A stretch of DNA of 64,000 bases, taken from contig JBKAGP010000001.1 of NCBI GenBank assembly GCA_046290465.1, forward strand, positions 1,504,001 to 1,568,000, given 5' to 3'. Each line of letters begins with the position of its first letter. The stretch's first letter is position 1. Both the position numbers and the translations under genes were made by a program. Shown piece by piece: positions 1 to 9,846 of this stretch. A model generated the notes under the pieces. That model searched no databases, was not told the origin of the DNA, and saw only the letters and a program-made list of their open reading frames with translations. The stretch is from Planctomycetota bacterium. GTDB taxonomy: Bacteria; Planctomycetota; UBA1135; UBA2386.

Positions 1-17
1 ACCGGTCGCTCGGCTGG

Positions 18-2606
18 ATGTCGTTGACCTTGGTCGAACGACCTTCACCGATGTCTGAGCAAGCCGATAGCAGTTCCGCCAGATCGACCATGGGGTGGCC
101 CTTGGTAGCCGCGCTCGCCATCACGATCGCGCTGGTGGCCGACCGGACCAAGCCGTTCGTGCACTCCCGCCCCAAACCCCGTGATCCGGCGCAAGTGTCG
201 GGAACGGTCGACGCGAGGCTCTGGCAGGATCCGATCGCCACCGCTCCTGAGATCCGAAGCTCGCCCGTGTCCTCACCGCGCGGAGGATTCGACCGGATCA
301 CCCTCGTGACGGTCCCGCCCGGACTTCGGCCTCAGCGCGTCGAGTTTCGCTGCAACACCCGCCACGCGATGCACGACGCAATGTCGACGCTCGGGTTCGT
401 CGCGAGCGTGCCTGCGCTGAGGGAATACGTCGCCTTGGAGCCAGGCGACGACCGAGCCCGGCCGGTAGACGCTACTACCAGCAAGCAAGCCGCGGCAAGG
501 TCCCCACAGAGCACGCCGACCAGGCTCTACGTCGAGAGCTTTCACGAGCAGGATGGCCGGAACCGTAGGCTCGTCGTATGGGTGCCCGAAGAACGCGACC
601 TGCACCGGAAACTGGTCGACACGAAGACCCTGCTTCGTCGTCGGGGGCTGGTCTCACGCTCGACACGCTGGGCCATCGTCGGGCCATCATCCTCCGAACT
701 GGCTGAGGAACTCGTGCCTCTGTCACGTGAGGTCTATTCGCCGTGGGCAACGACGCCCGAGGCCCAGGATTACCTCAAGCGTTCCTTCACGCCCCCGGAC
801 AGCGACCTCGCGAAGTCGATGCTGGATGAACTGAAGCTCCGCGGAGTGAGATCCAAAGACCCTGTCCTGCTCGTGCTCGAGCGCGACAGCGAATACGCGC
901 GGCGATGGCTGAAGCACCTCCAGGATCAGGGTTCCGGCGACGGCCGCCTCACGAACATCCGTACGTTCTATTACAGCCGAGGCATCGACGGTGAGTTCAC
1001 CGACCGGACGCAGCCGAACAACCAGTCAGCAGGAAACCTCGCCACCGCGGTCCAGGATCCGTGCGGCTTCGCCACCGCTGACTACCTTCGACGACTTCGA
1101 AACCGTATTCGGCAAGGGCAGGAAGGCACGCACGCGGAGGCGTCGACCCTCCAAGCCGACGCAGTCGGCATCTTCGGCAACGACATCCACGACAAGCTGC
1201 TGATCCTCCAGGCACTGCGCCCAGCCTTGCCGGGCGCGGTCTTCTTTACCAGTGACCTCGACGCCTACTACCTCGACCCCGACGAACAACCGCACACGCG
1301 GAACCTACTGGTGGTCTCTGGCCGAGGGTTGACGCCCAGGGGCAAGTCCCTGATCGGCTCGGTGGCACCGTACCGCAATGGCTACCAGACCAGCGCATTC
1401 CATGCCTTCCGCGCGGCCTTCGCACCCCGGCAGGTCACCACGCGGGAGCTGCCCCAGGTGCGCGTGTTCGAGATCGGACACGGCACCGAGGTCGACCTTT
1501 CGGAAGCCGCCGACAACGTGGCCTGGTTCGGCATGGCCCTGGCCATGTTGGGCATCGTGCTCATCGGAATCGTCAGCTACCGCCTGCTGGGCAACCACGA
1601 GGAAGGTTCGACGGCAGAATGGCCGTCACCGTCCACGCGACGTTGCACGCTGCTGGCGCTCGCCGCCATCGCCATCGCGACCCTGATCGTGATGCGAGTA
1701 GCGGAAGAGCCGATCAGCTGGACGCGCGGCATCTCGATCTGGCCAACGAACGTCTGGCGGCTGCTGGCGATCACCCTGGCGCTGATGTTCGGCCTCAAGG
1801 TACTGCGAGCGATCCAAGAGGCGCTCGAGGACCTTGGTGCCAACCCACCACCGAGCCTGTTCGGCGAGTTGGTGGAGCTCATGACCGGGGGCCGGTGGAC
1901 GCCGCGCCCGCTGTACGGCGACGCCCGAGCAACCAGGCGCGTGGCCGTCGAAGCTGGAGTCTTCGCCATTCTGATTGCGGCCGGCGTGGTTGCTTGGCTG
2001 TTGGTCAGTGGCTGGACACCTCCACCTGCACGAGGCCAGCTTGCGCGGTGCTGGGATTCGAGTGTCAAGTTCCTGGGCATGCTCGCCCTGCTCTGGTTGG
2101 TCGTTCTGGTCGTGCAGTTCGCACGCGTGCAGTCCGCCCGCTGCAGAGCCGTTCGCAGCCAGATCCCGAGGCTCGTCCGGGCCGGCCGTCTCGGAACGAC
2201 TCTGGACGAACTGGCCACAGCGGGAGGCAAAGGCATCTACGGACCGTTCTTCGTGGTCCTGGTATTGAGCCTGGGACGCATCGAGACGTTCGAGCGATGG
2301 ACCTGGCCACTCGCGCTGGTTGCCTTGTTCGTCGGCAGCACGCTCGCGATCATCGTGGCACACGTAGCGCTACACCGCAGCGCCGTTCGCCTACAAGACA
2401 AGGGAACGGAATACCTGAAGGCACAGATCGTCGCGGCCGCCGCGCCTCCTCCTCGCCTCGTGTTCAAGCTCGGCGAACTCACCCGCATGCGCCACGGCAT
2501 CCTCGCCGGCCCGGCCAACCACCCGATCCTGGTCGCGCTGCTGATCCCGTTCTCGGGCATGGGCGGCCTCTCCCTGATCCACATGATGCAGTCGCCCCCA
2601 TTCTGA
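18..2606 (+). CDS. Large membrane protein: N-terminal TM, extracytoplasmic type-1 periplasmic-binding (Venus flytrap)-like domain, about 8 C-terminal TM helices
   Basis: 862-aa ORF; hydrophobic segment WPLVAALAITIALVA; AIVGPSSS / SPWAT / PPDSDLA / ERDSEYA motifs; about 8 hydrophobic stretches after residue ~500. Start uncertain (ATG at 18, 51 or 90). Confidence 0.7.
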   Translation: MSLTLVERPSPMSEQADSSSARSTMGWPLVAALAITIALVADRTKPFVHSRPKPRDPAQVSGTVDARLWQDPIATAPEIRSSPVSSPRGGFDRITLVTVPPGLRPQRVEFRCNTRHAMHDAMSTLGFVASVPALREYVALEPGDDRARPVDATTSKQAAARSPQSTPTRLYVESFHEQDGRNRRLVVWVPEERDLHRKLVDTKTLLRRRGLVSRSTRWAIVGPSSSELAEELVPLSREVYSPWATTPEAQDYLKRSFTPPDSDLAKSMLDELKLRGVRSKDPVLLVLERDSEYARRWLKHLQDQGSGDGRLTNIRTFYYSRGIDGEFTDRTQPNNQSAGNLATAVQDPCGFATADYLRRLRNRIRQGQEGTHAEASTLQADAVGIFGNDIHDKLLILQALRPALPGAVFFTSDLDAYYLDPDEQPHTRNLLVVSGRGLTPRGKSLIGSVAPYRNGYQTSAFHAFRAAFAPRQVTTRELPQVRVFEIGHGTEVDLSEAADNVAWFGMALAMLGIVLIGIVSYRLLGNHEEGSTAEWPSPSTRRCTLLALAAIAIATLIVMRVAEEPISWTRGISIWPTNVWRLLAITLALMFGLKVLRAIQEALEDLGANPPPSLFGELVELMTGGRWTPRPLYGDARATRRVAVEAGVFAILIAAGVVAWLLVSGWTPPPARGQLARCWDSSVKFLGMLALLWLVVLVVQFARVQSARCRAVRSQIPRLVRAGRLGTTLDELATAGGKGIYGPFFVVLVLSLGRIETFERWTWPLALVALFVGSTLAIIVAHVALHRSAVRLQDKGTEYLKAQIVAAAAPPPRLVFKLGELTRMRHGILAGPANHPILVALLIPFSGMGGLSLIHMMQSPPF

Positions 2607-2625
2607 TCGCGCTATGGTGCTCGGC

Positions 2626-3354
2626 ATGGCACCTGGTCTGTTCGTCAAGCGGATCGCGATCGACGAGATCGACGAGGATCTCGCGGACGAGCATCCGTTC
2701 GACCTGCCGGCGGTGCAGCGCTTCGGAGAACGCAGACTGACGTCGCCCGTCACCGTGTTCGTCGGCGAGAACGGCAGCGGCAAGTCGACGCTGCTCGAAG
2801 CGCTCGCGGTGGCGCTCGGACTCAACGCCGAGGGCGGCAGCCGCAACACCCGGTTCACCACCCGCCCGAGCCACTCGGAGCTGTTCCAGTGGCTGACCGT
2901 CAGCCGCAGTGCGCATCGCCCACGCGACGCCTACTTCCTCCGGGCAGAGTCGTTCTACAACCTTGCCTCGGACATCGAGAAGGTCGACCCCTCGCACACG
3001 TCGTACGGCGGCAACCCGCTGCACGAGCAGTCGCACGGCGAGTCGTTCCTCAACCTCGCGCTCGAGCGCTTCGGCGGCCCCGGCATCTACCTGCTCGACG
3101 AGCCCGAGTCGGCGCTGTCGCCGCAGCGGCAGCTGGCGCTGCTGGCGCGCATGCACGACCTCGTCGCCGCCGGCTCGCAGTTCTTCCTCGCCACGCACGC
3201 CCCCATCCTGATGGCCTACCCCAGCGCTGACGTCTGGCAGTTCACGGACGAAGGCATCACCAGCACGAAGCCGCAGGACACCGAGCACTGGCAACTGCTG
3301 CGCAGCTTCCTCAACGACCCCGACAACACCCTCGACGCCCTGCTGCAGGAATGA
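2626..3354 (+). CDS. ABC/AAA-type ATPase (COG3910-like)
   Basis: Walker A GENGSGKST, SHGESF signature, Walker B YLLDEPE, ATH switch; start chosen by TATGGT 7 nt upstream of ATG 2626. Confidence 0.9.
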   Translation: MAPGLFVKRIAIDEIDEDLADEHPFDLPAVQRFGERRLTSPVTVFVGENGSGKSTLLEALAVALGLNAEGGSRNTRFTTRPSHSELFQWLTVSRSAHRPRDAYFLRAESFYNLASDIEKVDPSHTSYGGNPLHEQSHGESFLNLALERFGGPGIYLLDEPESALSPQRQLALLARMHDLVAAGSQFFLATHAPILMAYPSADVWQFTDEGITSTKPQDTEHWQLLRSFLNDPDNTLDALLQE

Positions 3355-3977
3355 CCGACAGCTACCGCACGCTCCGAGCGCACGTCGAGCACGAACCCGA
3401 CAAGGTCAAGGGCTCGCGCCACATCGCCAACCTGTTCGCGGTGAAGAACCAGCAGGAGATCGACGACGCGCTGCAGTCGGTGCGCGCGCGCATGCCCGAC
3501 GCCAACCACCACGCGTTCGCGTGGCGACTCGGTCGCGGCGAGAACGACTTCCGCTACAGCGACGACGGCGAACCGAGCGGCTCGGCCGGGCGCCCGATGC
3601 TGCAGCAGCTCGACGGCCGCGAACTGACCGACGTGCTGGCCGTCGTGTCGCGCTACTTCGGCGGCACCAAGCTCGGCACCGGCGGCCTGGTGCGCGCCTA
3701 CGGTGGCGCGGTCAAGGAGGCGCTCGACCTGGCCGAGATCGTCGAGGTGATCCCGCACGCGACGATCCGCATCGCGCACGCCTACGAGGACTCGGGCGCG
3801 ATCGCGTCGGTGCTCAACCAGTTCGACATCCAGCCGAGCAGCTCCGACTACGGCTCCGACGTGACGGTCGAGCTGTCGATCCCGCAGGTGCGCGCCGACG
3901 AGTTTGCGCGGGCGATCACGGACGCGACGGCCGCGCGGGCGCGCGTCGACGTCGAAGGGTCCGATCGCGCTAGCTGA
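3351..3977 (+). CDS. yigZ: YigZ/IMPACT family protein
   Basis: DANHHAFAWR, SDDGEPSGSAGRPML, VSRYFGGTKLGTGGLVRAY motifs; ATGA overlap with upstream gene. Confidence 0.93.
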   Translation: MTDSYRTLRAHVEHEPDKVKGSRHIANLFAVKNQQEIDDALQSVRARMPDANHHAFAWRLGRGENDFRYSDDGEPSGSAGRPMLQQLDGRELTDVLAVVSRYFGGTKLGTGGLVRAYGGAVKEALDLAEIVEVIPHATIRIAHAYEDSGAIASVLNQFDIQPSSSDYGSDVTVELSIPQVRADEFARAITDATAARARVDVEGSDRAS

Positions 3978-4509
3978 TCAAGCCACCGAGGGCCCACCAA
4001 CCGAGCAGGGCCAACAGTGACAGGAGCAGCAGGCGGATGCCGAGGGTCTCGGCCCGCGCGGTGCGCGCGTCGGCCTCCTCGTCGAACTCGTCGCCCGGCG
4101 CGATCTTCAGCGCGAGGTCGTCGTCCTCGTCGTCGAGATCGTCCGCGGCCTCGTCCCTCTGCCAGTCGACGATCCACTGCGCCACCATCCGCCGCGCCGC
4201 GTCGACCTGGTGCTCGCGCACCGCGACGAACGGCCGGCCGTCCCCCGGCCGCTCGCGCGACAGCGTCACCTCGTCGCCATCCTCCGGCTCCTGGTTGGCG
4301 ACCGCGAACAAGCCCGCTTCGCGCAGGTCCCGTGCGAGCCACCGCGCCTGCAGTTCGTCGTCGCCGACCCAGACCTCGACGAAGTGCCCGACGATCCGCG
4401 CCCGGCGGCGGCGCGTGCGACGCAGCACCTGCCAGACGCTGACGAACAGCGCCACGATCACGATCACCGGCGCGAGCCGGGACAGGTCGAACGGGCCGGA
4501 GGCGATCAC
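3970..4509 (-). CDS. Small membrane protein with DUF2007-like central domain
   Basis: N- and C-terminal TM helices flanking 'ELQARWLARDLREAGL...VAVREHQVDAARRMV'. Confidence 0.6.
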   Translation of the reverse strand: MIASGPFDLSRLAPVIVIVALFVSVWQVLRRTRRRRARIVGHFVEVWVGDDELQARWLARDLREAGLFAVANQEPEDGDEVTLSRERPGDGRPFVAVREHQVDAARRMVAQWIVDWQRDEAADDLDDEDDDLALKIAPGDEFDEEADARTARAETLGIRLLLLSLLALLGWWALGGLIS

Positions 4510-4524
4510 GTCGCCATCATGCCG

Positions 4525-5538
4525 TCACGCCGGCACGCCGACCACGATGCCCAGCGGGCACTCGGTGGCGAGCACGCGGTCGAGCCGCAGGCCGGCCCTG
4601 GCGAACAGCGCGGCGAACTCGGCCTCGGTGCGTTCCTTGCCGCCGGTCAGCACCAGCATGTTGACGTCGAGCAGCTTGCCCCAGCTCGGCTCGTTGCCTT
4701 CGACCACGACGTTGTCGACGACGAACACCCGCCCGTCCGCCGACAGGTTGGCGCGGCAGTTCTGCAGGATCCGCACGCAGCGGTCGTCGTCCCAGTCGTG
4801 CAGGATGTACTTCATCAGGTAGGCGTCGACGCCGCCCGGTACCGCCTCGAAGAAGTCGCCGCCGGCGAACGCCACGCGCTCGCCGAGTCCCTGCAGGTAG
4901 CCCGCCTGCTTCGCCCCGTGCACGACCTGCGGCTGGTCGAACAGCACGCCGCGCAGCGCCGCATGCTGCTGCATCACGGCAGCCAGCAGGTGGCCGCCGG
5001 AGCCGCCGACATCCATCAACGAGCCGATTCCGTCGAGCGGCAGGGCCGCGGCGACGGCCGGGTTCTCGGCGCCGCTGATGCTGGCCATCGCGCGCGCGAA
5101 CACGGCTTCGTCGTCGGGGTGCTGCTGCAGGTAGGCGAAGCCCCCCATGCCGAACACCTCGTCGAATGGCGTGCGTTGCTCTCGGATGCCGACGTCGAGC
5201 GCGTCCCAGCCGTGCCAGTTGTACGACGCCGGCATCATGCGCGCGAAGTCGCGCATCGAGTCCGGCCGGTCGCTGCGCAGCGTCGCGCCGAGCTCGGTGT
5301 TGGCGTAGCGGCCGTCGCCGTCGACCGAGAACACCCCGACGCCGGTCAGCGCCCGCATCATCCGGTGCAGCCGCTCTGGATCGGCGCCGACCTCGCCAGC
5401 GACCTCGGCGGCCGTCCGGGCGCGATCGCCGAGCGCGTCCGCCAACCCCATCTCGGCAGCGACGTGCACCATCTTGGACACCCAGTACCCGTTGATCAGG
5501 TCGAGCATCTGAACCGGCAGCGGCTTCGCGTTCGTCAT
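4525..5538 (-). CDS. SAM-dependent O-methyltransferase (dimerisation + Methyltransf_2 domains)
   Basis: MDVGGSGG, GDFF, YLMKYILHDWDD, GGKERT motifs; TAGGTT 6 nt before ATG 5538. Confidence 0.92.
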   Translation of the reverse strand: MTNAKPLPVQMLDLINGYWVSKMVHVAAEMGLADALGDRARTAAEVAGEVGADPERLHRMMRALTGVGVFSVDGDGRYANTELGATLRSDRPDSMRDFARMMPASYNWHGWDALDVGIREQRTPFDEVFGMGGFAYLQQHPDDEAVFARAMASISGAENPAVAAALPLDGIGSLMDVGGSGGHLLAAVMQQHAALRGVLFDQPQVVHGAKQAGYLQGLGERVAFAGGDFFEAVPGGVDAYLMKYILHDWDDDRCVRILQNCRANLSADGRVFVVDNVVVEGNEPSWGKLLDVNMLVLTGGKERTEAEFAALFARAGLRLDRVLATECPLGIVVGVPA

Positions 5539-5622
5539 CACACGAACCTACAGCGAGCCAGACGCTGAGCCGTTACACCAGCGTTCGAACGTCCGAGAGG
5601 AGCTTGCCGGGGGCGCTGGGAG

Positions 5623-5734
5623 GCGACTCAGAGGGAGTCGCGTGGATCGCAGCCGCCAACGGCGGCTTCGATCCACACCTGACCCTGACGGGTCTGACAC
5701 TTCGCGCGCAGCGCGAAGTGGCACACCCGTCAGG
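5623..5734. repeat. Cluster of inverted repeats downstream of tRNA-Arg
   Basis: GCGACTC/GAGTCGC (5623-5641); GTGGATCG-AGCCGCC/GGCGGCT-CGATCCAC (5642-5676); 24-nt arms 5684-5707 and 5711-5734 with 22/24 complementarity. Confidence 0.8.
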
Positions 5735-5795
5735 AGTCGAACCTGAAACCTCCTGATCCGTAGTCAGGTGCTCTATCCAATTGAGCTACGGGTGC
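5719..5795 (-). tRNA. tRNA-Arg (anticodon ACG)
   Basis: Reverse complement GCACCCGTAGCTCAATTGGATAGAGCACCTGACTACGGATCAGGAGGTTTCAGGTTCGACTCCTGACGGGTGTGCCA folds as a cloverleaf with encoded CCA. Confidence 0.97.
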
Positions 5796-5810
5796 GCAGT
5801 TGGGGCGAGG

Positions 5811-5839
5811 ACGCTACCGCCTCCCCGGCCCCCTTGCAA
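5811..5839 (-). promoter_or_regulatory. Sigma70-like promoter for tRNA-Arg
   Basis: TTGCAA-17 nt-TAGCGT on the minus strand, 15 nt upstream of the tRNA. Confidence 0.6.
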
Positions 5840-5969
5840 GCGCTTTTCGTCAGCCGCATGGGCCCCTGCCGAGCCGCACTGGATACCCAGAACCCCACCG
5901 GCTAACCTGCTTCGCCCCGATTCGGACCCGCCGGATCGCATCGCCCTGATCAGCACCCCGCTTCCCGCA

Positions 5970-7550
5970 ATGTCCACCGTCGATCTTTCCCAGTACGGCA
6001 TCAAGGTCACCAACGTCCTCCGCAACGCCCAGCCCTCGGTCCTCTACGAGCAGGCGCTGGCCCGCGGCGAAGGCGAGATCGTCAGCACCGGCGCGCTCGC
6101 CGCGCGCTCGGGCGAGAAGACCGGCCGTTCGCCGAAGGACAAGCGCATCGTCGACGAGCCGAGCACGACCGGCGACATCTGGTGGGGCGACGTCAACATC
6201 AAGCTCCAGGAGAAGACGTTCGAGATCAACAAGCGCCGCGCGATCGACTTCCTCAACACGCGCGACCAGCTCTACGTCGTCGACGGCCTGGCCGGCTGGG
6301 ACCCGAAGCACCAGATCAAGGTGCGCATCATCTGCCTGAACGCCTACCACGCGCTGTTCATGCACAACATGCTGATCCGCCCCACCGCGGAGCAGCTGGC
6401 CGAGTTCGGCGAGCCGGACTACGTGATCTTCAACGGCGGCCTGTTCCCGGCCAACCCGCTGACCAACGAGATGAGCAGCTCGACCTCGGTCGACCTCAAC
6501 TTCGCCAAGGGCGAGTTCGTGATCCTCGGCACGCAGTACGCCGGTGAGATGAAGAAGGGTGTGTTCACGATCATGAACTACCTGCTGCCGAAGAAGGACA
6601 TCATGTCGATGCACTGCTCGGCCAACGAAGGCGAGGGCGGCGACGTGTCGCTGTTCTTCGGCCTGTCGGGCACCGGCAAGACGACCCTGTCGGCCGACCC
6701 GCGCCGCAAGCTGATCGGCGACGACGAGCACGGCTGGTCGGACGACGGCGTGTTCAACGTCGAGGGCGGCTGCTACGCCAAGTGCATCGACCTGAGCCAG
6801 GAGAAGGAGCCCGAGATCTGGGACGCCATCCGCTTCGGCTCGGTCGTCGAGAACGTCGTCTACGACCGGCACACCCGGGTCGTCGACTACACCGACAAGT
6901 CGATCACCGAGAACACGCGCTGCAGCTACCCGGTCGAGTACATCCCCAACGTCAAGATGCCGTGCGTCGGCGGCCACCCGAAGAACGTCATCTTCCTGAC
7001 GTGTGACGCGTTCGGCGTGCTGCCGCCGGTCAGCAAGCTGACCCCGGAGCAGGCGATGTACCACTTCATCTCGGGCTACACGGCCAAGGTCGCCGGCACC
7101 GAGATGGGCGTGACCGAGCCCGAGGCGACGTTCTCGGCGTGCTTCGGCGCCGCGTTCATGGTCTGGCACCCGGCGAAGTACGCCGAGCTGCTGGCCGACA
7201 AGATCGCCAAGAACGGCTCGACCGCGTGGCTGGTCAACACCGGCTGGAGCGGCGGCGCCTACGGCACCGGCGCGCGCATGAGCCTCAAGCACACCCGCGC
7301 GATGCTCGACGCGATCCACGACGGCTCACTGCAGAACGCGCCGACCGAGGTCGACCCGATCTTCGGCCTCGAGATCCCGACCGAGTGCTCCGGCGTGCCG
7401 AGCGAGATCCTGATCGCGCGCAACACGTGGACCGACAAGAACGCCTACGACGAGAAGGCCAAGCACCTCGCCTCGCTGTTCCACAAGAACTTCGAGAAGT
7501 TCGCCGACCAGGCGAGCGACGCGATCAAGGGCGCGGGCCCGAAGCTGTAG
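5970..7550 (+). CDS. pckA: Phosphoenolpyruvate carboxykinase (ATP)
   Basis: [55 protein letters not shown] motifs. Confidence 0.98.
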   Translation: MSTVDLSQYGIKVTNVLRNAQPSVLYEQALARGEGEIVSTGALAARSGEKTGRSPKDKRIVDEPSTTGDIWWGDVNIKLQEKTFEINKRRAIDFLNTRDQLYVVDGLAGWDPKHQIKVRIICLNAYHALFMHNMLIRPTAEQLAEFGEPDYVIFNGGLFPANPLTNEMSSSTSVDLNFAKGEFVILGTQYAGEMKKGVFTIMNYLLPKKDIMSMHCSANEGEGGDVSLFFGLSGTGKTTLSADPRRKLIGDDEHGWSDDGVFNVEGGCYAKCIDLSQEKEPEIWDAIRFGSVVENVVYDRHTRVVDYTDKSITENTRCSYPVEYIPNVKMPCVGGHPKNVIFLTCDAFGVLPPVSKLTPEQAMYHFISGYTAKVAGTEMGVTEPEATFSACFGAAFMVWHPAKYAELLADKIAKNGSTAWLVNTGWSGGAYGTGARMSLKHTRAMLDAIHDGSLQNAPTEVDPIFGLEIPTECSGVPSEILIARNTWTDKNAYDEKAKHLASLFHKNFEKFADQASDAIKGAGPKL

Positions 7551-7583
7551 GTCGGTCGGGCCGCAGGATTCGCACGCGCGCCC

Positions 7584-9398
7584 TCACGGCCGCCGCGCGT
7601 CCCCGACTGCGAGGCTGCGCACGCCGTCATCGGCGTCGAACGCAGCCTCTCCGGCCAGCAGCGCGATGCGATGCTGCTGCGCCGCCGCGCCGCGCAGCGC
7701 CCGGTAGGCAGCAAAGCGCAGCTCGGCATCGCGATGCGTGGTGCGCGCGCCGACGAACCGCGCCACCGAGGCGCTCCACTTCGGCGCCTCTTCGAGCGCT
7801 GCGACCAACGCCCGCTGGAACACCACCGACCGCCGTGCCGGCGCCGTCTCCACCAACGCCAGCAGCGACTCGTGATCGCGTTCGGCCTGCGCCGCGACGA
7901 GCGGCTCGAAGACCGTTGCCGCCCCCACCGCGAGAGCGGCCGCTGCGGGCTCGCCGACCCGGAACGTGACCGCGATCTCGGCCGCGAGCCGCGCGCGCGC
8001 GGCACCTGCACCGCGCAGTTCGGGGAGCATCCCGCGGATCACGTCCCGCCCGCCGTCGACCGCCGCGAGACGGCGACAGGCGGCGCGCGCCAGCCGCGGA
8101 TCGCGGGCGCGGCACCAGCGCGCCAGCACGGTTCGTTCGCGACCCGCGTCGAGCGCGGGTGCGCGCAGCAGCACGTGCCGGATCCACGCCGCGCGCAGGC
8201 GCGGCGACCGACGCGGCGCCACCTCGAGGCAGTCGTCGAGGCGCCAGCTGGTCCGCGATCCCAGCCGCCTCCAGATCCGCAGCAGGTCGCCGACGTCGGC
8301 GTCCGCGAGCGGCAGCATGTCGAGCTGCAGCCAGTCGCGCGTCGGCCCGCCGTTCGGCAGCGCGAGCAGGCGGTGCCTGGTCGCGCATCGCACGGCCTCG
8401 CCCACCGGGCCGGCTGCGAGGTTCTGCTCCAGCCAGGCGAGGCGGTGCGGCGCCGCCCGCGGCAACACGCCGACGAGGACCATCACGACGCCGTACTGCC
8501 ACGCGTTGAGCCCCTGCTGCGGCTGCTCGTGCCACTTCGCGGCGGCATTGGCGTACCACCCGAACCACGTGTCCGCGGCCTGTGCATCGACGTCCGGAGC
8601 CGTCAGCGAATGACACAGCAGCACGATCCTCGGGTCGTGCGTCCCGGGCCCGATCGCGTCCCGCCAGCGACCGCCGGCATAGGCAGCCGCCAGAACGTAG
8701 CGTCGCGACCGCGGGTCGGCCGGAGCCGACAGGGCGTGCAGCGTCTCCATGCGCGGCGCGCTGCGACGGTTCGGCTCCCAGGCGCCGAAGGCAACCTGCT
8801 TCGGCGGCATCGCATGCGGCGCCCGCGCCCCGAGCCGTCGACGCAGCTCCGTCGTTGCGCCGTGCTGGTCGAGCACCAGCACGAACTGCTGCCAGGCGAG
8901 GCTCGCGACCCGTTGGTCTCGATGATCGAGCAGCGGCAGCAGCAGCGCCTGCACCCGAGCGGGATCGGCCCGACGCAGATCGTCGAACGCCGGCACGGCG
9001 ACGGCCAGCCGCGCCAGCTCCGCATCCGTCGTCGTGTTGGCGAGCGCAAACAGCGCTTCGACGCCCTTCGGGTCGGCGACAACCGCCTCCGCGAAGCACC
9101 TGCGCACGTCCTTGGCAGCGTCTGCGCGAGCGCCCTGGCCCTCGGCCCCGGCCGCGCCGGCCAGCCGTAGACCATGCTGCAGGCGCTGCATCGCGCGGCG
9201 CCAACCGACGGCGCGGCTGCGCAACGCTGCCGAGCGCGGCTTCTGCGGCAGCGACCATTCGCGTCGAAGCGACCGGTAGCGCTGCCACGCCACGAACCGC
9301 GGATCTTCCGGCGGCTCGGCGACGACCGGTTCGGGAGCCTGCGCCGCGACCGGCAGCAGCAAGAGGGCCAGGACCATCGATCGCATCACTGCCTGCAT
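7584..9398 (-). CDS. Hypothetical secreted alpha-helical (HEAT-like) protein
   Basis: 606-aa ORF with signal peptide (VLALLLLPVAAQ) and Ala/Leu/Arg-rich helical repeats; start uncertain. Confidence 0.55.
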   Translation of the reverse strand: MQAVMRSMVLALLLLPVAAQAPEPVVAEPPEDPRFVAWQRYRSLRREWSLPQKPRSAALRSRAVGWRRAMQRLQHGLRLAGAAGAEGQGARADAAKDVRRCFAEAVVADPKGVEALFALANTTTDAELARLAVAVPAFDDLRRADPARVQALLLPLLDHRDQRVASLAWQQFVLVLDQHGATTELRRRLGARAPHAMPPKQVAFGAWEPNRRSAPRMETLHALSAPADPRSRRYVLAAAYAGGRWRDAIGPGTHDPRIVLLCHSLTAPDVDAQAADTWFGWYANAAAKWHEQPQQGLNAWQYGVVMVLVGVLPRAAPHRLAWLEQNLAAGPVGEAVRCATRHRLLALPNGGPTRDWLQLDMLPLADADVGDLLRIWRRLGSRTSWRLDDCLEVAPRRSPRLRAAWIRHVLLRAPALDAGRERTVLARWCRARDPRLARAACRRLAAVDGGRDVIRGMLPELRGAGAARARLAAEIAVTFRVGEPAAAALAVGAATVFEPLVAAQAERDHESLLALVETAPARRSVVFQRALVAALEEAPKWSASVARFVGARTTHRDAELRFAAYRALRGAAAQQHRIALLAGEAAFDADDGVRSLAVGDARRP

Positions 9399-9568
9399 GG
9401 GCATCCTCCGTCACGTGTTGCACAACTACTCTCCCATGCAAAGCTATCGGCATCACACAGTGTCCGCAACCACCCCGGCAAGCCCGACAACCTGCGGCCG
9501 TCGTGGCGGCGCATGGTCTCGCACGTGACCAGGCCGGCAGCCAATGGTGCGACGCGCTGCCGGCGCGC

Positions 9569-9796
9569 ACCAACCCGCGCGGCTGGCCCGACGCCGAACC
9601 GCTGGCCGTCCGGCGACCTGGCTCGCGACGGATCCTCGCGCTCGGCGACTCGATGACGTTCGGTGCCAAAGTCGACTACGGCCAGCGCTTCACCGAGGAT
9701 CTCGAGGACGAACGGACCGAGGTCCTCGACCCCGGCGTCTCTGCGTACGGCACCAACCAGCAACTACGTGCCGAACTGGCCCGCCGCGGTTGGTAG
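9569..9796 (+). pseudogene. Truncated remnant of an SGNH/GDSL hydrolase gene
   Basis: TNPRGWPD...RILALGDSMTFG...EVLDPGVSAYGTNQQL matches GDSL blocks I-II, then TAG; no blocks III/V and no obvious start. Confidence 0.65.
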
Positions 9797-9846
9797 CGAT
9801 TCCGCAACGCGGTCGTGCCGACCGGCCGGTGCCCTACCATGTCTCG

